Assembly: GCA_963703315.1 (NCBI GenBank)
Contig: OY969811.1
Location: forward strand, 320,001-384,000
Direction: 5' to 3'
Origin: an uncultured cyanobacterium
Lineage (GTDB): Bacteria > Cyanobacteriota > Cyanobacteriia > Pseudanabaenales > Pseudanabaenaceae
DNA: 64,000 nt
The position numbers and the translations under genes are program-made. The notes under the pieces are model-generated. The model saw only the letters and a list, made by a program, of their open reading frames with translations. It was not told the DNA's origin and made no database searches. Positions within the stretch are counted from its first letter, which is position 1, and the number at the start of each line of letters is the position of its first letter. Of the stretch, positions 1 to 10,576 are shown one piece after another.

Positions 1-837
1 GGGAGAGGGGCTAGGGGTGAGGGCATATCCTTTTCTTATGAAAGAGGGGCTAGGAGTAAGGGCATAGCCTTTTCCTTCTAAATGGGGATAGAACTGTTTT
101 TGCTCAATACAGGTCAGCCAAATTTGCCAAGCATGAAATAATGCTTCCCATTCTTGATTAGTTAAATCAGCAACGTTTTTGTCACCATTGATACCTGAAA
201 TTGCCAATAGCGATCGCACTAAGGACGAACTAACCCCTCGATAATTGCTGAGTAAATTGCGCTTAATTTCTTTGGGAATTAAAATCAGGCGATCGCGCCA
301 CGAGTCAAAGGATTCACTCAAACTGGGAATTGCTTCGAGCAATGCGGGTGGTAATTCGTAGCGATCGCCTGTTTGGATGGGTCGCACTCGTGACTGCTTG
401 CTACTGACTTGGTGAGCAGCAGTGACAATTTCGCCATTGGCATTCACTAAAATGGCATTGCTATATTTGCCCATCACTTCTAAATACAGATGCCACTGCA
501 CCACATCGTCAGGACGCTTAGCAAATTGCAGATCGACTACGCGCTCCCATTGACTCGTAAGCTGTACAGAAACTAGGGCAGATCCTGCCACTTGATGCAA
601 AATCTGTTGACTAAAGGTAAAAGTATCAGGCTGTTTCGGTGGTGGCACACTGATATGTAATCTCGCGGCTTGGGGATGCCATGATAGCAACAGCCATTGT
701 TTCTTTTCTAAAGTTCGTAATTGTAAATGAATCGTGTGGCGATCGCTTTGATGTACCTGCTCTAATCTCGCAGGCACACAAGCTTTGTTTAGCTCATGGG
801 TCAAAGCCACAAGTGTTGTCAGATCAGCAGGTTGCAT
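1..837 (-). CDS. NFACT/Rqc2 (fibronectin-binding-like) ribosome quality control protein, 5' part; runs off the window start
   Basis: Not in the ORF track. Manual translation from ATG 837: MQPADLTTLVALTHEL...LLSWHPQAARLHI...WERVVDLQFAKRP...LYLEVMGKYSNAILV; open to position 1. Confidence 0.85.
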   Translation of the reverse strand, partial: MQPADLTTLVALTHELNKACVPARLEQVHQSDRHTIHLQLRTLEKKQWLLLSWHPQAARLHISVPPPKQPDTFTFSQQILHQVAGSALVSVQLTSQWERVVDLQFAKRPDDVVQWHLYLEVMGKYSNAILVNANGEIVTAAHQVSSKQSRVRPIQTGDRYELPPALLEAIPSLSESFDSWRDRLILIPKEIKRNLLSNYRGVSSSLVRSLLAISGINGDKNVADLTNQEWEALFHAWQIWLTCIEQKQFYPHLEGKGYALTPSPSFIRKGYALTPSPSP

Positions 838-912
838 CGTTTTAATATCGTTTCATAAAAGAGAGTGGACGCAAAGCATCCACTCTCTTGTTCGTCTTAT
901 GGCTTTATGTGG

Positions 913-1227
913 TTATTTATCAGGATCAATACGTGGACGGATTTGTTCAGCTTCAGGACAATCATCGGATACCAGCAGGTCATGAGAGGATATTCCTGTT
1001 TTGGTGAAAGATGATAATCTCTGGGTCACAGCACCAATGCTTTCTAGTCTGACCATTTCTTCCCAAGAGCAAACCTCGTCTTCATCCTCAGTCTCGTATC
1101 GAATCGTTACCACGTCACCTTCAATATCTAGTATTTTAGCCCTTTCTAGCCAACGTCCCTGATCCCTCAGGTAAATCCAAACATCGCTCTTGGCTTCACA
1201 AAGTTGATATATTTTGCGATGTAGCAT
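913..1227 (-). CDS. Conserved cyanobacterial hypothetical protein (resembles DUF6679)
   Basis: MLHRKIYQLC...RDQGRW...SWEEMVRLESIGAV recalled as a conserved small cyanobacterial family. Confidence 0.65.
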   Translation of the reverse strand: MLHRKIYQLCEAKSDVWIYLRDQGRWLERAKILDIEGDVVTIRYETEDEDEVCSWEEMVRLESIGAVTQRLSSFTKTGISSHDLLVSDDCPEAEQIRPRIDPDK

Positions 1228-1438
1228 TCGCTTATGTCCTCAGGGTTACATAATTTTTAAGGCTAGAGCATACCTCAAAAGGTAAGAATCTAGCTATTAA
1301 TATTGTAAACGACTAAACAAACATTTAAGAGACATATTTTCCCCACTGTGAGTATCATGGTTGATCGGGGTTTTGATCGCGATCGCCTTTAACTTCCTGT
1401 GGCGCACGCTGCGCTTGCGCCACAGGCTTCAGAGCCTT

Positions 1439-3619
1439 TTATCGCTGTTCTTTAAACTGAATTACAACACGGCGGTTAAAGGCGTTATCTGTGGCTGTAT
1501 TATTTTTTCGCGATGGTTGCAACCAAGATAGAGCCTCAAAAGTAACTTTGTAATTATTATCAAGCCCGCGATCGCGTAGCATTCTCACTACTTCATTTGC
1601 TCTCGCTTGCGAAAGATCCAGATTATAGGCATAGTCGCCTGTCTTATCAGTGTGACCACTAATTTGAATAATGCCACGTCGCCCTTGGATCTTTGCCCAG
1701 AAATTATCGATTTTAACTTCTTCAGGTTGCATCAATTGGGTTTCGTTAGAAGGGAAAAAGATCGTCACTTCTAAGTCTGGATTGGTAATTGGTAAAACTG
1801 AAGTATTAACATTGCGATCGCCAGCTACTTTCCCAGCCGCATCCCCCGTTAATTGACTAGCTCTATTCTTAGAATTATCGTTAACTTTAGAATTATCGTT
1901 AATTACTGGATCAGAACTGTTTTTAGAATTATTTACGAGTTTGTTCTCATTATCTCCAGAACTATTGCTAGATGATTTGTCTCCTACTTTGTCAGGATTT
2001 TTACTAGATTTATTGCCACTCGCATCTGTCAAGCTTTTATTTGCCAGACTTTTATCTGCCAAGCTTTTATCTGCCAGACTTTTACCAACAGATTTATTGG
2101 AGTTATTAGAATTAGCTAGAGAGTTTGAATTTGCTGAGCTAGTTGGTAAGTTATTGTTGGAATTATTATTAGGGTCTGTTTTGGTATTAAGTACTGATTC
2201 TTTGATCGCACTTGGTAATATCTGAGTTTGCAATTTATTCTCATCCGATCGCTGAATTAAGATGGCAAAGGCGATCGCTGTGCCAATAAAAGCAGCACCA
2301 ACTAGTAAACCCGCTAATATTTTCCATAAGTTACTTGGTGCAGTGAGAATGCCGTCAAGTTCCTGTGCATCATCTTGATCAATATTTTGATCTGCTTTTT
2401 GATCTGCTTGCTGTGCTTGAAGCTCAAAATCAAATAACGTCTTTTTTGTGAAAGGAGCGATCGCGGCGGCAGTCCCCAAAGCGATCGTTTGACGAATGCG
2501 CTGATGACCGACTTCTAGCTCAAACCATTGCGAATCAGCACGCATCATAAAATCGACTTTAGCTGGTAAGCCCTTGTGATAGGATTTTACGCAATTTCCT
2601 GCATCATCATAAATCGAGCCGTTTTCCGCAATAATTTGATTCTCATTGACTACTTCCGCAAAAATCTGCGTGAGATTGGTCATTTCGCTAGCAATTTTGT
2701 AATCCCACAGATCAATATCTAAACCTGTATCAAAATCATCTAGTTCTTGCATCTGATAGCGATCGACATCCTTCCCAATCCCAATCAAGATTAATTTCAA
2801 ATAATTTCTTTTACCTACAGCAATTTCTAACGCTAATTCCTTGGTATAGGTCTTCACCTGATCGAGGTCGTCAATTCTGCCATCGGTTAAGAAAATATAC
2901 ATACCATGCTGGGCTTGCCGATATTGTTCTGCAAAATAGGCGATCGCGGGCAGTAGCTTTGTGGTCTTACCGAGTTTAAAAGAAGTAGGACCTGAGATGT
3001 TTAACTGCTGACAGCTAGCCGCATCAACCTCACCTAAAACCTGAATCTCATCCCCTTTGCCACAGCCCCAATAGATTAGTGAAGTCTTGCCAGTACCATC
3101 TAAACTACCTGCCAAATAAGCTGCAAAATCCTGTACTAAAGGCTGCAAGATATTTGCAGTATAGCTAATCTCATAACCACGATCTTGAATTTCCGCAAAT
3201 GCCTCACGCTGAATCCTCCGAATTGGTTCACCGTCTTCTAGATAAGAACGCAATCGACCTTGCTTAATATAATCAGTCAGTAAAGTCGGATCAACTCGCG
3301 CCTCTACCTTGCGTCCATAGGCTCGCTTCATAGAGGCGCTAGCATCTAGAGCTAGTCCAGTCCGCCACCCTTCAGCAAATCGTCCCTGTGGCTCCATCGC
3401 GATCGTAAATTCCACATGACATTCCGCAGCCTCTAAATTTAACTGAGAGGTCTCTTGCCGAACATTTACCTCTCCAAACTCTGCCACCACCAGATTCGCT
3501 GGCATTTGGAAACTATTGACTTCATTCTCAAATTCCACTTTATTCTGGAATTTATTTTTGATTTCACCATTAACTTCACGTTCTAATTCATGAGGCTCGG
3601 AATTATTTTCATGTAGCAT
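1439..3619 (-). CDS. vWA domain - single TM helix - Asn/Ser-rich linker - OmpA-like peptidoglycan-binding domain protein
   Basis: MIDAS DASAS and FLTDG; hydrophobic ILAGLLVGAAFIGTAIAFAILI; C-terminal GHTD...YNLDLSQARA...NRRV OmpA motifs. Confidence 0.8.
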   Translation of the reverse strand: MLHENNSEPHELEREVNGEIKNKFQNKVEFENEVNSFQMPANLVVAEFGEVNVRQETSQLNLEAAECHVEFTIAMEPQGRFAEGWRTGLALDASASMKRAYGRKVEARVDPTLLTDYIKQGRLRSYLEDGEPIRRIQREAFAEIQDRGYEISYTANILQPLVQDFAAYLAGSLDGTGKTSLIYWGCGKGDEIQVLGEVDAASCQQLNISGPTSFKLGKTTKLLPAIAYFAEQYRQAQHGMYIFLTDGRIDDLDQVKTYTKELALEIAVGKRNYLKLILIGIGKDVDRYQMQELDDFDTGLDIDLWDYKIASEMTNLTQIFAEVVNENQIIAENGSIYDDAGNCVKSYHKGLPAKVDFMMRADSQWFELEVGHQRIRQTIALGTAAAIAPFTKKTLFDFELQAQQADQKADQNIDQDDAQELDGILTAPSNLWKILAGLLVGAAFIGTAIAFAILIQRSDENKLQTQILPSAIKESVLNTKTDPNNNSNNNLPTSSANSNSLANSNNSNKSVGKSLADKSLADKSLANKSLTDASGNKSSKNPDKVGDKSSSNSSGDNENKLVNNSKNSSDPVINDNSKVNDNSKNRASQLTGDAAGKVAGDRNVNTSVLPITNPDLEVTIFFPSNETQLMQPEEVKIDNFWAKIQGRRGIIQISGHTDKTGDYAYNLDLSQARANEVVRMLRDRGLDNNYKVTFEALSWLQPSRKNNTATDNAFNRRVVIQFKEQR

Positions 3620-3716
3620 GGCAATCTACTTCTCTTGCTTCTAAATGCCTTGAAAAAACATCTTACTTTGTAAGGGCAATTCATGAATTGCCCTTACAAA
3701 GTAAGCCTTATCTTTA

Positions 3717-4724
3717 TTAAACAAAGTCCACAACATCTTGCCATTGTTCAGTTTGAGGAATGAGTGGAGCCTCCAGATCTTTAGGCAACGCTTCGGTAAT
3801 ATCTTGGGTCACATTGCCTCCAGAAAACTCTAGGGTAAAGGCAGTTGAACCCGCAGGAAGCTTGAAACGCATGAGTGCAGGTACACCAAAGTTATATTCT
3901 TCGCAGACTGTACCCGCCTGATTGAGAATGCGTCCATAATGCGTAACAATCGTTTCCGCAGATACAAACTCTTTAAAGATTTGTTCCAAAATCTGAATGT
4001 CATCAGCAACTTGATAATCCCAGAGATCGATATCACGCCCTGAAGCATCTTTGACAAAGCTACCTTCAAACATATTGTCTAGTTCTTCTAGCTGCTTCTC
4101 ATCGATCTCTTTGCCCACACCGATGAGCAGGAGTTTGATAAATGGCTTGATGTTGTCAGCAATCTCTAGAGCATATTTAAAGCAGTACTCCTTCACATCT
4201 TCAAGATCTTCAATAATCCCGTCGGTGATGATGAGACAGATTGCCGCAGGTTGCTTTACACCGATCGCTGGAGCATCTTTATATTTGTTAATGAAATATC
4301 TGAGTGGTGGTAATAGCTTTGTCCCTGTTCCCCAAGGAATTCTCGGACCTTTGATCGCGATTTGTTCGATTTCTTCACCACTGAAGCTACCCAAATCTTC
4401 GATGAGTTCACCTGCCGCGCCGCAAGCCCAGTTAATCAAGTCAACTTTTCCTGTTGCTGCAAAATTGGCAAGATATTTGACCATCACCCGCGCTACTGGC
4501 TCGACCACATTGTTGGTAACGGCAGCACTAGCAAAGAAGCTGCTGACCACACCACTGATGCCATAGATTTTTTTCATGGAGGCAGAACCATCTAGGGCTA
4601 AGCCAACCCTTGCCCCTTCAATGTCAGGAACCATCAGGATAGTTGCAACGATGTCAATTTCTCCGTTGTTTTGCGGATAAACATTGACTTCACCAAAGGG
4701 CTGAACGACACTTTTTAACTGCAT
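3717..4724 (-). CDS. vWA domain protein, paralogue of the N-terminal half of 1439-3619
   Basis: GLALDGSASMK, TKLLP, IITDG, LLIGVG, DIDLWDY motifs shared with the neighbour. Confidence 0.8.
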   Translation of the reverse strand: MQLKSVVQPFGEVNVYPQNNGEIDIVATILMVPDIEGARVGLALDGSASMKKIYGISGVVSSFFASAAVTNNVVEPVARVMVKYLANFAATGKVDLINWACGAAGELIEDLGSFSGEEIEQIAIKGPRIPWGTGTKLLPPLRYFINKYKDAPAIGVKQPAAICLIITDGIIEDLEDVKEYCFKYALEIADNIKPFIKLLLIGVGKEIDEKQLEELDNMFEGSFVKDASGRDIDLWDYQVADDIQILEQIFKEFVSAETIVTHYGRILNQAGTVCEEYNFGVPALMRFKLPAGSTAFTLEFSGGNVTQDITEALPKDLEAPLIPQTEQWQDVVDFV

Positions 4725-4813
4725 ACTCGGACTCGCTGATATTTCACATCAAAATAGTAACGTATAGCGCCGAAAGCGCTACTTAAAAATTCCACAAAAA
4801 TTTTTAAGTCTTT

Positions 4814-5320
4814 AAAGATTGATAACGGCGCTTCGCGCCGTTATCAATCTTTTGGGCTTTATATCTAGGCAAAACCTACATGGCTAAGCAGCGCAAGTTT
4901 TGAAACCAGAAGATGGTGGCGGAGAAAAGCTCCGCCACCATCTTCTGGGGTTTTAATTATATATGGTTTCACAGAGTCGTAAAAATTCGTTTGTATAGCG
5001 ATCGTCCGTAATGTTAGGATCAGATTTAAACCCAAAAGAGATTTGTGGTGCTTTACGCCACAAATCTCTTTTGGGTTTTATCTTCTAGCGGTGATAGCTA
5101 TAATTTTAATAAGCGTTATAGCGCTTTTCAAGCAAGCGAGGTACAGAAGACTGTAAAACGCTTAGGATTTACGCAACTCAACCAAGAACTAAAGTTCTTG
5201 GCTTAAAGCTAAAGTCAGCTAAAGCAGACTCAAGAGTGGCTATGATCGACCCGTTTCAACGGGTTTAAGCTTTCAGCCCGTAATTTATTACAGGGCTATT
5301 GCGTAAGCCCTAGCGCTATT
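4814..5320. repeat. Cluster of tandem/nested palindromic repeats and MITE-like elements
   Basis: Hairpins at about 4814-4852, 4907-4949 and 5027-5078; TATAGC...GCTATA-bounded unit 4994-5102; TAGGATTTACGCA...TGCGTAAGCCCTA-bounded unit about 5163-5312 with internal hairpins. Confidence 0.7.
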
Positions 5321-5375
5321 GGAAAAATATTGTTGACACTCACACAAAGTTACGCAAAAACAAGGGAACTGAATA

Positions 5376-7463
5376 GTGGATTTTAGTCTTCGAGAACACA
5401 CACAAGCTGTATGGGAGCAAATTGAACAAACTTGGAAGGATAGTCAAAAACCTGAAGGGGAAAGATTTCTCGGTAATAATCGGTTTTCACCGAAATCGGT
5501 AGAAGCATTACTCGATGTTTTAGCGGAAGACTTGCCAAGAATTGGAGCATTGTCGATTGATGCCCTAAATGTGAAATGGGGCGATCGCCAAAATCGTAAT
5601 TGGGTGAAAATTATCACCTTTGTATTTTCAGAATATGCTTATCACAAAGAAACAGAAGGAGTTTTTTGGGAAAGCCTTTTACAAAGACTTAAGCTGCATA
5701 ACTCCCAAGGCGCAAAACAAACCTTTGCTAAAATCCTCAAGGAAGGATTCACTCTGCTTGGTGTTGCTACAGCTAAGGGAAGTGCCAAATACCTTTCTAC
5801 GCTTTATTTACAAAGTGGAATTCCTCAGCAAAATATTAAACATTTCACGGAATTAGTTGAAGATATTGCTGATCATTTAGGATGGTGGAATATTGCCTAT
5901 CGGTATGAGGCGATCGATCTCGCTCAGACGCTATATGACCGAGCAGTAGAGAAATATCCAGAGCGATTGACGCTCAAACGTTTCTTAAAAAATAGTTGTC
6001 AAGATGATAAATCTGAGCAGGCTGATGTCGAGCCGATCGCTGGGAATATCCTCAAATATATTGCCGCGATCGCCTTAGAAATAGAGCGTAGAAGACTAAA
6101 TCCCAAAAAATTTGCAGATCAACAGGCTAGAGAGCTTTATCTACAAGGTTTTGGACTATCGAATTATTTCTTTCTGAGAGATTGGGATAAATTAATTTCG
6201 GTTTTAACTCCTAAGACAGTCTCGCCCCATAAAGCCAATCAGTTTATTCGCCAAAATAAACGTGAGCTTAAATTGCGTCTCGATCCTCTGGAGCTAAATT
6301 TACAGCTTGTTTTACCAGCTCAAAGACTCTGGCAAAAAGAATGGAAAACGTTAGGCGGTAGCCCTTGTCAGATATCTGAAACAAACTGGAAATCGATCAT
6401 CCCCTATCCAGATAGTTTAGAAATTCCCGAACTTTCTACTAATTTGACTGTCTTGAGCGATCGCTGGACATGGCATCTTCAAGATGGAACCCAGCAAGAT
6501 TTGCTAGAGTGGCATGGTGAGGGAATTGTAGATAGTTTCCCCCTATTAGTTTTTGATGCAGAGACAGGCGATCGCCTAATATTAAACGCATTAAACACAG
6601 ATGCTCCTCAAATTGTTGGTATCAATGAAGTTGTTTGCTATTTCCCGAAAGCGATAAACTTACAATTGAGTACAGAAGTTGAAGTTACCGATGATTGTTT
6701 TCCTTGTTTAATCGCTGATTGGCAAGCAAAGCAAATTCGACTCACTGGGCGATCGGCTTCTTTCTCTTTAGTCAGTGAAGAGGTGAATATAACAGTACAA
6801 TGGCAATCATTAAGTAGCGATCAGCCTATCGTGAGAGGATTACAAATCAAAGGGAAGCAAGCAACTTATTTAGAAACGCCACAAATTTACTATCCTTTGA
6901 ATGATTCTTCTGTCGAGTATATTCGTATTCAAATTGAGAATGTGGATAAACAAGCTACTCTTACACATCCAGATGCAGAGATTAAAATACTTGCCACAAA
7001 TGAGAAGTGGCAGCAGGTTTCTTTAAGTCAATGGGTTAAGGACACTGGAACTTATGAAGTGAAGCTTTGGGATAAGAATTTTTACTGGTCAACATCTTTT
7101 GTAATTAAGCAAAGTTATCAGGCTTTACCAAATCCTTATTGTTCTCACGTTCAGATTCAGAATACTAAGCAAGACAATGTATTTGCTTCGTTACCCATCC
7201 AATGCAAGGATAAGGAGGATTTTTGGAAAGAAGAAATCAAGATTGAAGGTTTATGGACATTTGAACCTGTCAATTTTGTTCTATCTAACAATAAAGAGAA
7301 TCAAACTTTCAGCTATTCTGTCCAAGCGGATCAGACGGGTTGCTTACATCTATCACTGACATCTTTGCGAGAAGCCTTACCCCAAAGCGATCGCTATTTC
7401 TTAGATTGGATAAGATTTGGAAACTATGAGCGACTGCTAGAAACAGTAAAACCTAAGAATTAG
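5376..7463 (+). CDS. Hypothetical protein, 695 aa; possibly DruH/STY4851-like defence-associated
   Basis: Long ORF; helical N-terminus with FW...KYLSTLYLQSGIP motif followed by a beta-rich region. The family link is recall only. Confidence 0.6.
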   Translation: MDFSLREHTQAVWEQIEQTWKDSQKPEGERFLGNNRFSPKSVEALLDVLAEDLPRIGALSIDALNVKWGDRQNRNWVKIITFVFSEYAYHKETEGVFWESLLQRLKLHNSQGAKQTFAKILKEGFTLLGVATAKGSAKYLSTLYLQSGIPQQNIKHFTELVEDIADHLGWWNIAYRYEAIDLAQTLYDRAVEKYPERLTLKRFLKNSCQDDKSEQADVEPIAGNILKYIAAIALEIERRRLNPKKFADQQARELYLQGFGLSNYFFLRDWDKLISVLTPKTVSPHKANQFIRQNKRELKLRLDPLELNLQLVLPAQRLWQKEWKTLGGSPCQISETNWKSIIPYPDSLEIPELSTNLTVLSDRWTWHLQDGTQQDLLEWHGEGIVDSFPLLVFDAETGDRLILNALNTDAPQIVGINEVVCYFPKAINLQLSTEVEVTDDCFPCLIADWQAKQIRLTGRSASFSLVSEEVNITVQWQSLSSDQPIVRGLQIKGKQATYLETPQIYYPLNDSSVEYIRIQIENVDKQATLTHPDAEIKILATNEKWQQVSLSQWVKDTGTYEVKLWDKNFYWSTSFVIKQSYQALPNPYCSHVQIQNTKQDNVFASLPIQCKDKEDFWKEEIKIEGLWTFEPVNFVLSNNKENQTFSYSVQADQTGCLHLSLTSLREALPQSDRYFLDWIRFGNYERLLETVKPKN

Positions 7464-7587
7464 AGATGCGGCGCGCCGCACCGCTAATTCTTGGTTTTTA
7501 ATGTCTATTTTTAAAAAACTAATAAAGGTTTGCGGGTTTGGTTTTGCCTACGGCAAAACCAAACCCGCTATTCAGGAGACAAAAGTT

Positions 7588-8328
7588 ATGAAGTATATGC
7601 ACAGCATCATTAAGGGACAGAGAAAGGCTGTAATTACAGAGGTTGAAAAACGTCTTAAAATTGCGGGTCTGGGTGGACAAGTCAAGGTGCAACCAGATTC
7701 AGTCTTAAAAAAAGAATTCTATATTGAAGTAGATTCAGAAGAATTAATTACGGATATTCGTCAAATTTTAAAGACACTCTGCAAAGAGAAAGCAGTAACT
7801 ATGCAGGGTGGATTGATTGAAGATGATGTTGCTAAGTCTCGCCAAAGGCTAAGTAAGCCTCTAAATGTTGCTCCTGCGGCTCCTGCTAAGTCTGTAAATG
7901 CAAAACCTCCGAGTCGAGATTATCCAATTGGCGAACAGGTAGTCATTTTACTCAGCAATCATCGATCGCCTATTAATGCTGCCATACCTTTCCCTTTAAC
8001 AAAAAAGCAACTTCTATCACTTTTAACATCCAGTGTCAGTCCTAGCTATTCCTCAGAGAAATTAGCTCAAGAATTAGAAGCAGCACTCAAGGAACTAGAA
8101 GCCAAAGGGGAAATATATGCTAACGAAGGCGATCGCTTTTGTATAGCCCAACCATCGGTGTTATATGAAAATGCTGTATTTCGAGGCGATCGCGCTTATT
8201 TACATCTTGCTCATCAGGTAGTGGGTAATCCTGTTACGGATAGTACAAAACTTACTTTTCCTGCCATTGAGTTTGATGTTCTCAAAGAACAGTTTTTAGA
8301 AAAAGGGATTAGTTTCCTAAAGAGTTAA
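7588..8328 (+). CDS. Hypothetical protein; possible NusG-NGN-like N-terminus and winged-helix-like C-terminal part
   Basis: ORF 7501-8328; AGGAG RBS precedes ATG 7588 and the upstream part is palindromic repeat. Confidence 0.55.
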   Translation: MKYMHSIIKGQRKAVITEVEKRLKIAGLGGQVKVQPDSVLKKEFYIEVDSEELITDIRQILKTLCKEKAVTMQGGLIEDDVAKSRQRLSKPLNVAPAAPAKSVNAKPPSRDYPIGEQVVILLSNHRSPINAAIPFPLTKKQLLSLLTSSVSPSYSSEKLAQELEAALKELEAKGEIYANEGDRFCIAQPSVLYENAVFRGDRAYLHLAHQVVGNPVTDSTKLTFPAIEFDVLKEQFLEKGISFLKS

Positions 8329-8361
8329 TGATATGACGCGCTCTGTGCGTCATATCATTAC

Positions 8362-8832
8362 TCAAAAATCTGCCTCGCGGTTAAGATGTTTGACCATCAA
8401 ATGCCGCTTTTCTCGTCGGAAGCCAAGTTTGGTATAGAGCGCCTCGGCTGGTTCATTCCAGTGATCTACAACCAAAGATAGCGATCGCATTCCTTGACTA
8501 TGCAAATATTCTTCAATCAAGGTAAATACTCTTTTACCAATACCCTGACCACGATAGTCTTCACGAATATATAACTCATCCACTAGTCCACATCGTCCAT
8601 GATATTCCATACTAAAAAAGAAGGTGAGAGCAACATATCCAATTGGACGATCGCGATCGCAAATCAACCAAATCAACCCAAGTTGCTCATCACTCAGTAA
8701 AGCTGTAAAAGCCTTGACTATAGATTCGTTAAAAGAAATTCCTTCAAATTGATAGAACTCCTGTACAAGTTCCATCAAGGGATCAATATCAATGAATTGA
8801 GCTAAGCGGAAATTAATATCTATCTGACTCAT
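8362..8832 (-). CDS. GNAT family N-acetyltransferase
   Basis: ELYIREDYRGQGIGK motif A; N..AEALYTKLGF. Confidence 0.9.
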   Translation of the reverse strand: MSQIDINFRLAQFIDIDPLMELVQEFYQFEGISFNESIVKAFTALLSDEQLGLIWLICDRDRPIGYVALTFFFSMEYHGRCGLVDELYIREDYRGQGIGKRVFTLIEEYLHSQGMRSLSLVVDHWNEPAEALYTKLGFRREKRHLMVKHLNREADF

Positions 8833-8835
8833 AGC

Positions 8836-9225
8836 TCACACATTCACTTTATAGTTCAAACTTAGTTCATCACCAGCCACACCACGCAGTCCCCAATTAT
8901 GACTCGGTGTCTCGATCAGAATAATTTCGATATCTAAGGGGGCTATGCCTAATTTCTCATTTAGTCGCTCAAATAACAAGCGATATAGAGATTTCTTCGC
9001 TTCTATAGAACGTCCTGTAAATAGCAGGATTTCGATGATGATATATTGTTCAGTGCGATCGCGAGGATATTCAAAATCTTCAGATTGCAATGGAAAGAAG
9101 CGCTGAAATTTCTTTTCAGGTGGATAGTTGAGGGCATCAACAACACAGGAATGAATAGTAGTCGATAGAACTTCACGATTTTGCTGAATAAAATCAGCGT
9201 TTCCATAAATTTTAGTTTGGGGCAT
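8836..9225 (-). CDS. Tautomerase family protein (4-oxalocrotonate tautomerase-like)
   Basis: N-terminal catalytic Pro (MPQ), GRSIEAKK, NWGLRG. Confidence 0.85.
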   Translation of the reverse strand: MPQTKIYGNADFIQQNREVLSTTIHSCVVDALNYPPEKKFQRFFPLQSEDFEYPRDRTEQYIIIEILLFTGRSIEAKKSLYRLLFERLNEKLGIAPLDIEIILIETPSHNWGLRGVAGDELSLNYKVNV

Positions 9226-9531
9226 AGCTTTTTCAGCGAGATCACTGGTTGTAAATTATAGGCAAGGTTCGAGCATAATAAATAGCTATTCCATGAAGTG
9301 AGTGGCGACGCGAAGCGTCTTGAGGCTTTGAGTAGCCCAGAGAAATTTTGGGAAGCGGCGCTCCGCGCCGCTTCCCAAAATTTCTCTGGGGTTTGATTAA
9401 GCGCAAAGCGCTGTATAGTCGTTGACACAACATAACTTTTATCAAGAGGCTATATTGTAGAGAGCAAAAGGAGTCAAATTCTGAGACTTCTATAGTCAAT
9501 TGCCAAAGAATCAATCATTACCGAATTATCT

Positions 9532-9933
9532 GTGCTAATAGGTTTCGATCCAGGAAAACAAAAATGTGGCGTTGCTGTCATGGGCTTAGATCGTAAGCTA
9601 CACTTTCAGGCAGTTATCCCCAGTACTGAGGCGATCGCCAAAGTTGGTAATTTATTAGATAGTTACCCCATATCTTTAATGGTGATGGGCGATCAAACTG
9701 CATCTAAGCAATGGAAGACTAACTTACAATCCTCATTCCCAGATTTACGAATTATTACCGTAGACGAGCGTTATAGCAGCGAAGAAGCACGTCAAAGATT
9801 TTGGGACATTTATCCCGCAAAAGGCTTAATGAAGTTAGTCCCACGAGGAATGCGATCGCCTGATCGCCCCATTGACGACATTGTGGCTACCATTTTGATC
9901 GAGCGATATCTCAGTCGTTTAATTAGCTCGTAA
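9532..9933 (+). CDS. yqgF: YqgF/RuvX-like RNase H-fold nuclease (pre-16S rRNA processing)
   Basis: GFDPGKQKCGVA, VDERYSSEEA, IDDIVA. Confidence 0.85.
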   Translation: MLIGFDPGKQKCGVAVMGLDRKLHFQAVIPSTEAIAKVGNLLDSYPISLMVMGDQTASKQWKTNLQSSFPDLRIITVDERYSSEEARQRFWDIYPAKGLMKLVPRGMRSPDRPIDDIVATILIERYLSRLISS

Positions 9934-10120
9934 CTCAAACCCAAATAATTTTAAATAAGACTGGCAAAGCCAGTCTTATTTAAAATTATTTGGGTTTTTC
10001 TCTAAAAGTTTTGTCAAGCTTCGTAAAGTAACGTTAAGTAAGCTTGAAGCAGGGGTATGTAGAAATGATATCTTTGCACTTGATATCAAAAGCGTATACG
10101 CAATTTGGGAGAACATCTCA

Positions 10121-10576
10121 ATGTCTGAAGAACAAGCACAAGAAGCAGCGACATTTACTGCTCCTAAACCCACTGGCAAAACCCCAATCTGGGGCGGTAG
10201 CACAGGTGGTTTGCTCAACGCAGCCTTCACTGAGGAAAAGTACCTGATCTCTTGGAATAGCCCCAAAGAGCAAGTATTTGAGCTTCCTACAGGCGGCGCT
10301 GCAACTATGGTCAAGGGCGACAACTTACTCTACTTAGCAAAGAAAGAGCAAGCGCTTGCTTTAGGTACACAGTTGCGTAAATTTAAGATCACCAACTACA
10401 AAATTTGGCGCGAATTTCCTAATGGCGACCAAGTTTATCTCCATCCTCTAGATGGTGTATTCCCTGAGAAGGTGAATGCTGGTCGTGTTGCCGCTAATAG
10501 CGTCAGCCGCAAGATTGGTGACAACCCTAATCCTATAAGCGTTAAGTTTACAGGTAAGGCAACTTACGATGCCTAA
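10121..10576 (+). CDS. psaD: Photosystem I reaction centre subunit II
   Basis: [42 protein letters not shown]. Confidence 0.97.
   Translation: MSEEQAQEAATFTAPKPTGKTPIWGGSTGGLLNAAFTEEKYLISWNSPKEQVFELPTGGAATMVKGDNLLYLAKKEQALALGTQLRKFKITNYKIWREFPNGDQVYLHPLDGVFPEKVNAGRVAANSVSRKIGDNPNPISVKFTGKATYDA

Noticed and set aside
1439..8328. Calling the region Zorya or Druantia
   Set aside because: No ZorA-like multi-TM gene and no DUF1998 helicase present; resemblance is partial only.
9003..9514. 141-aa and 90-aa minus-strand ORFs
   Set aside because: They run through palindromic repeats and overlap the tautomerase gene out of frame.
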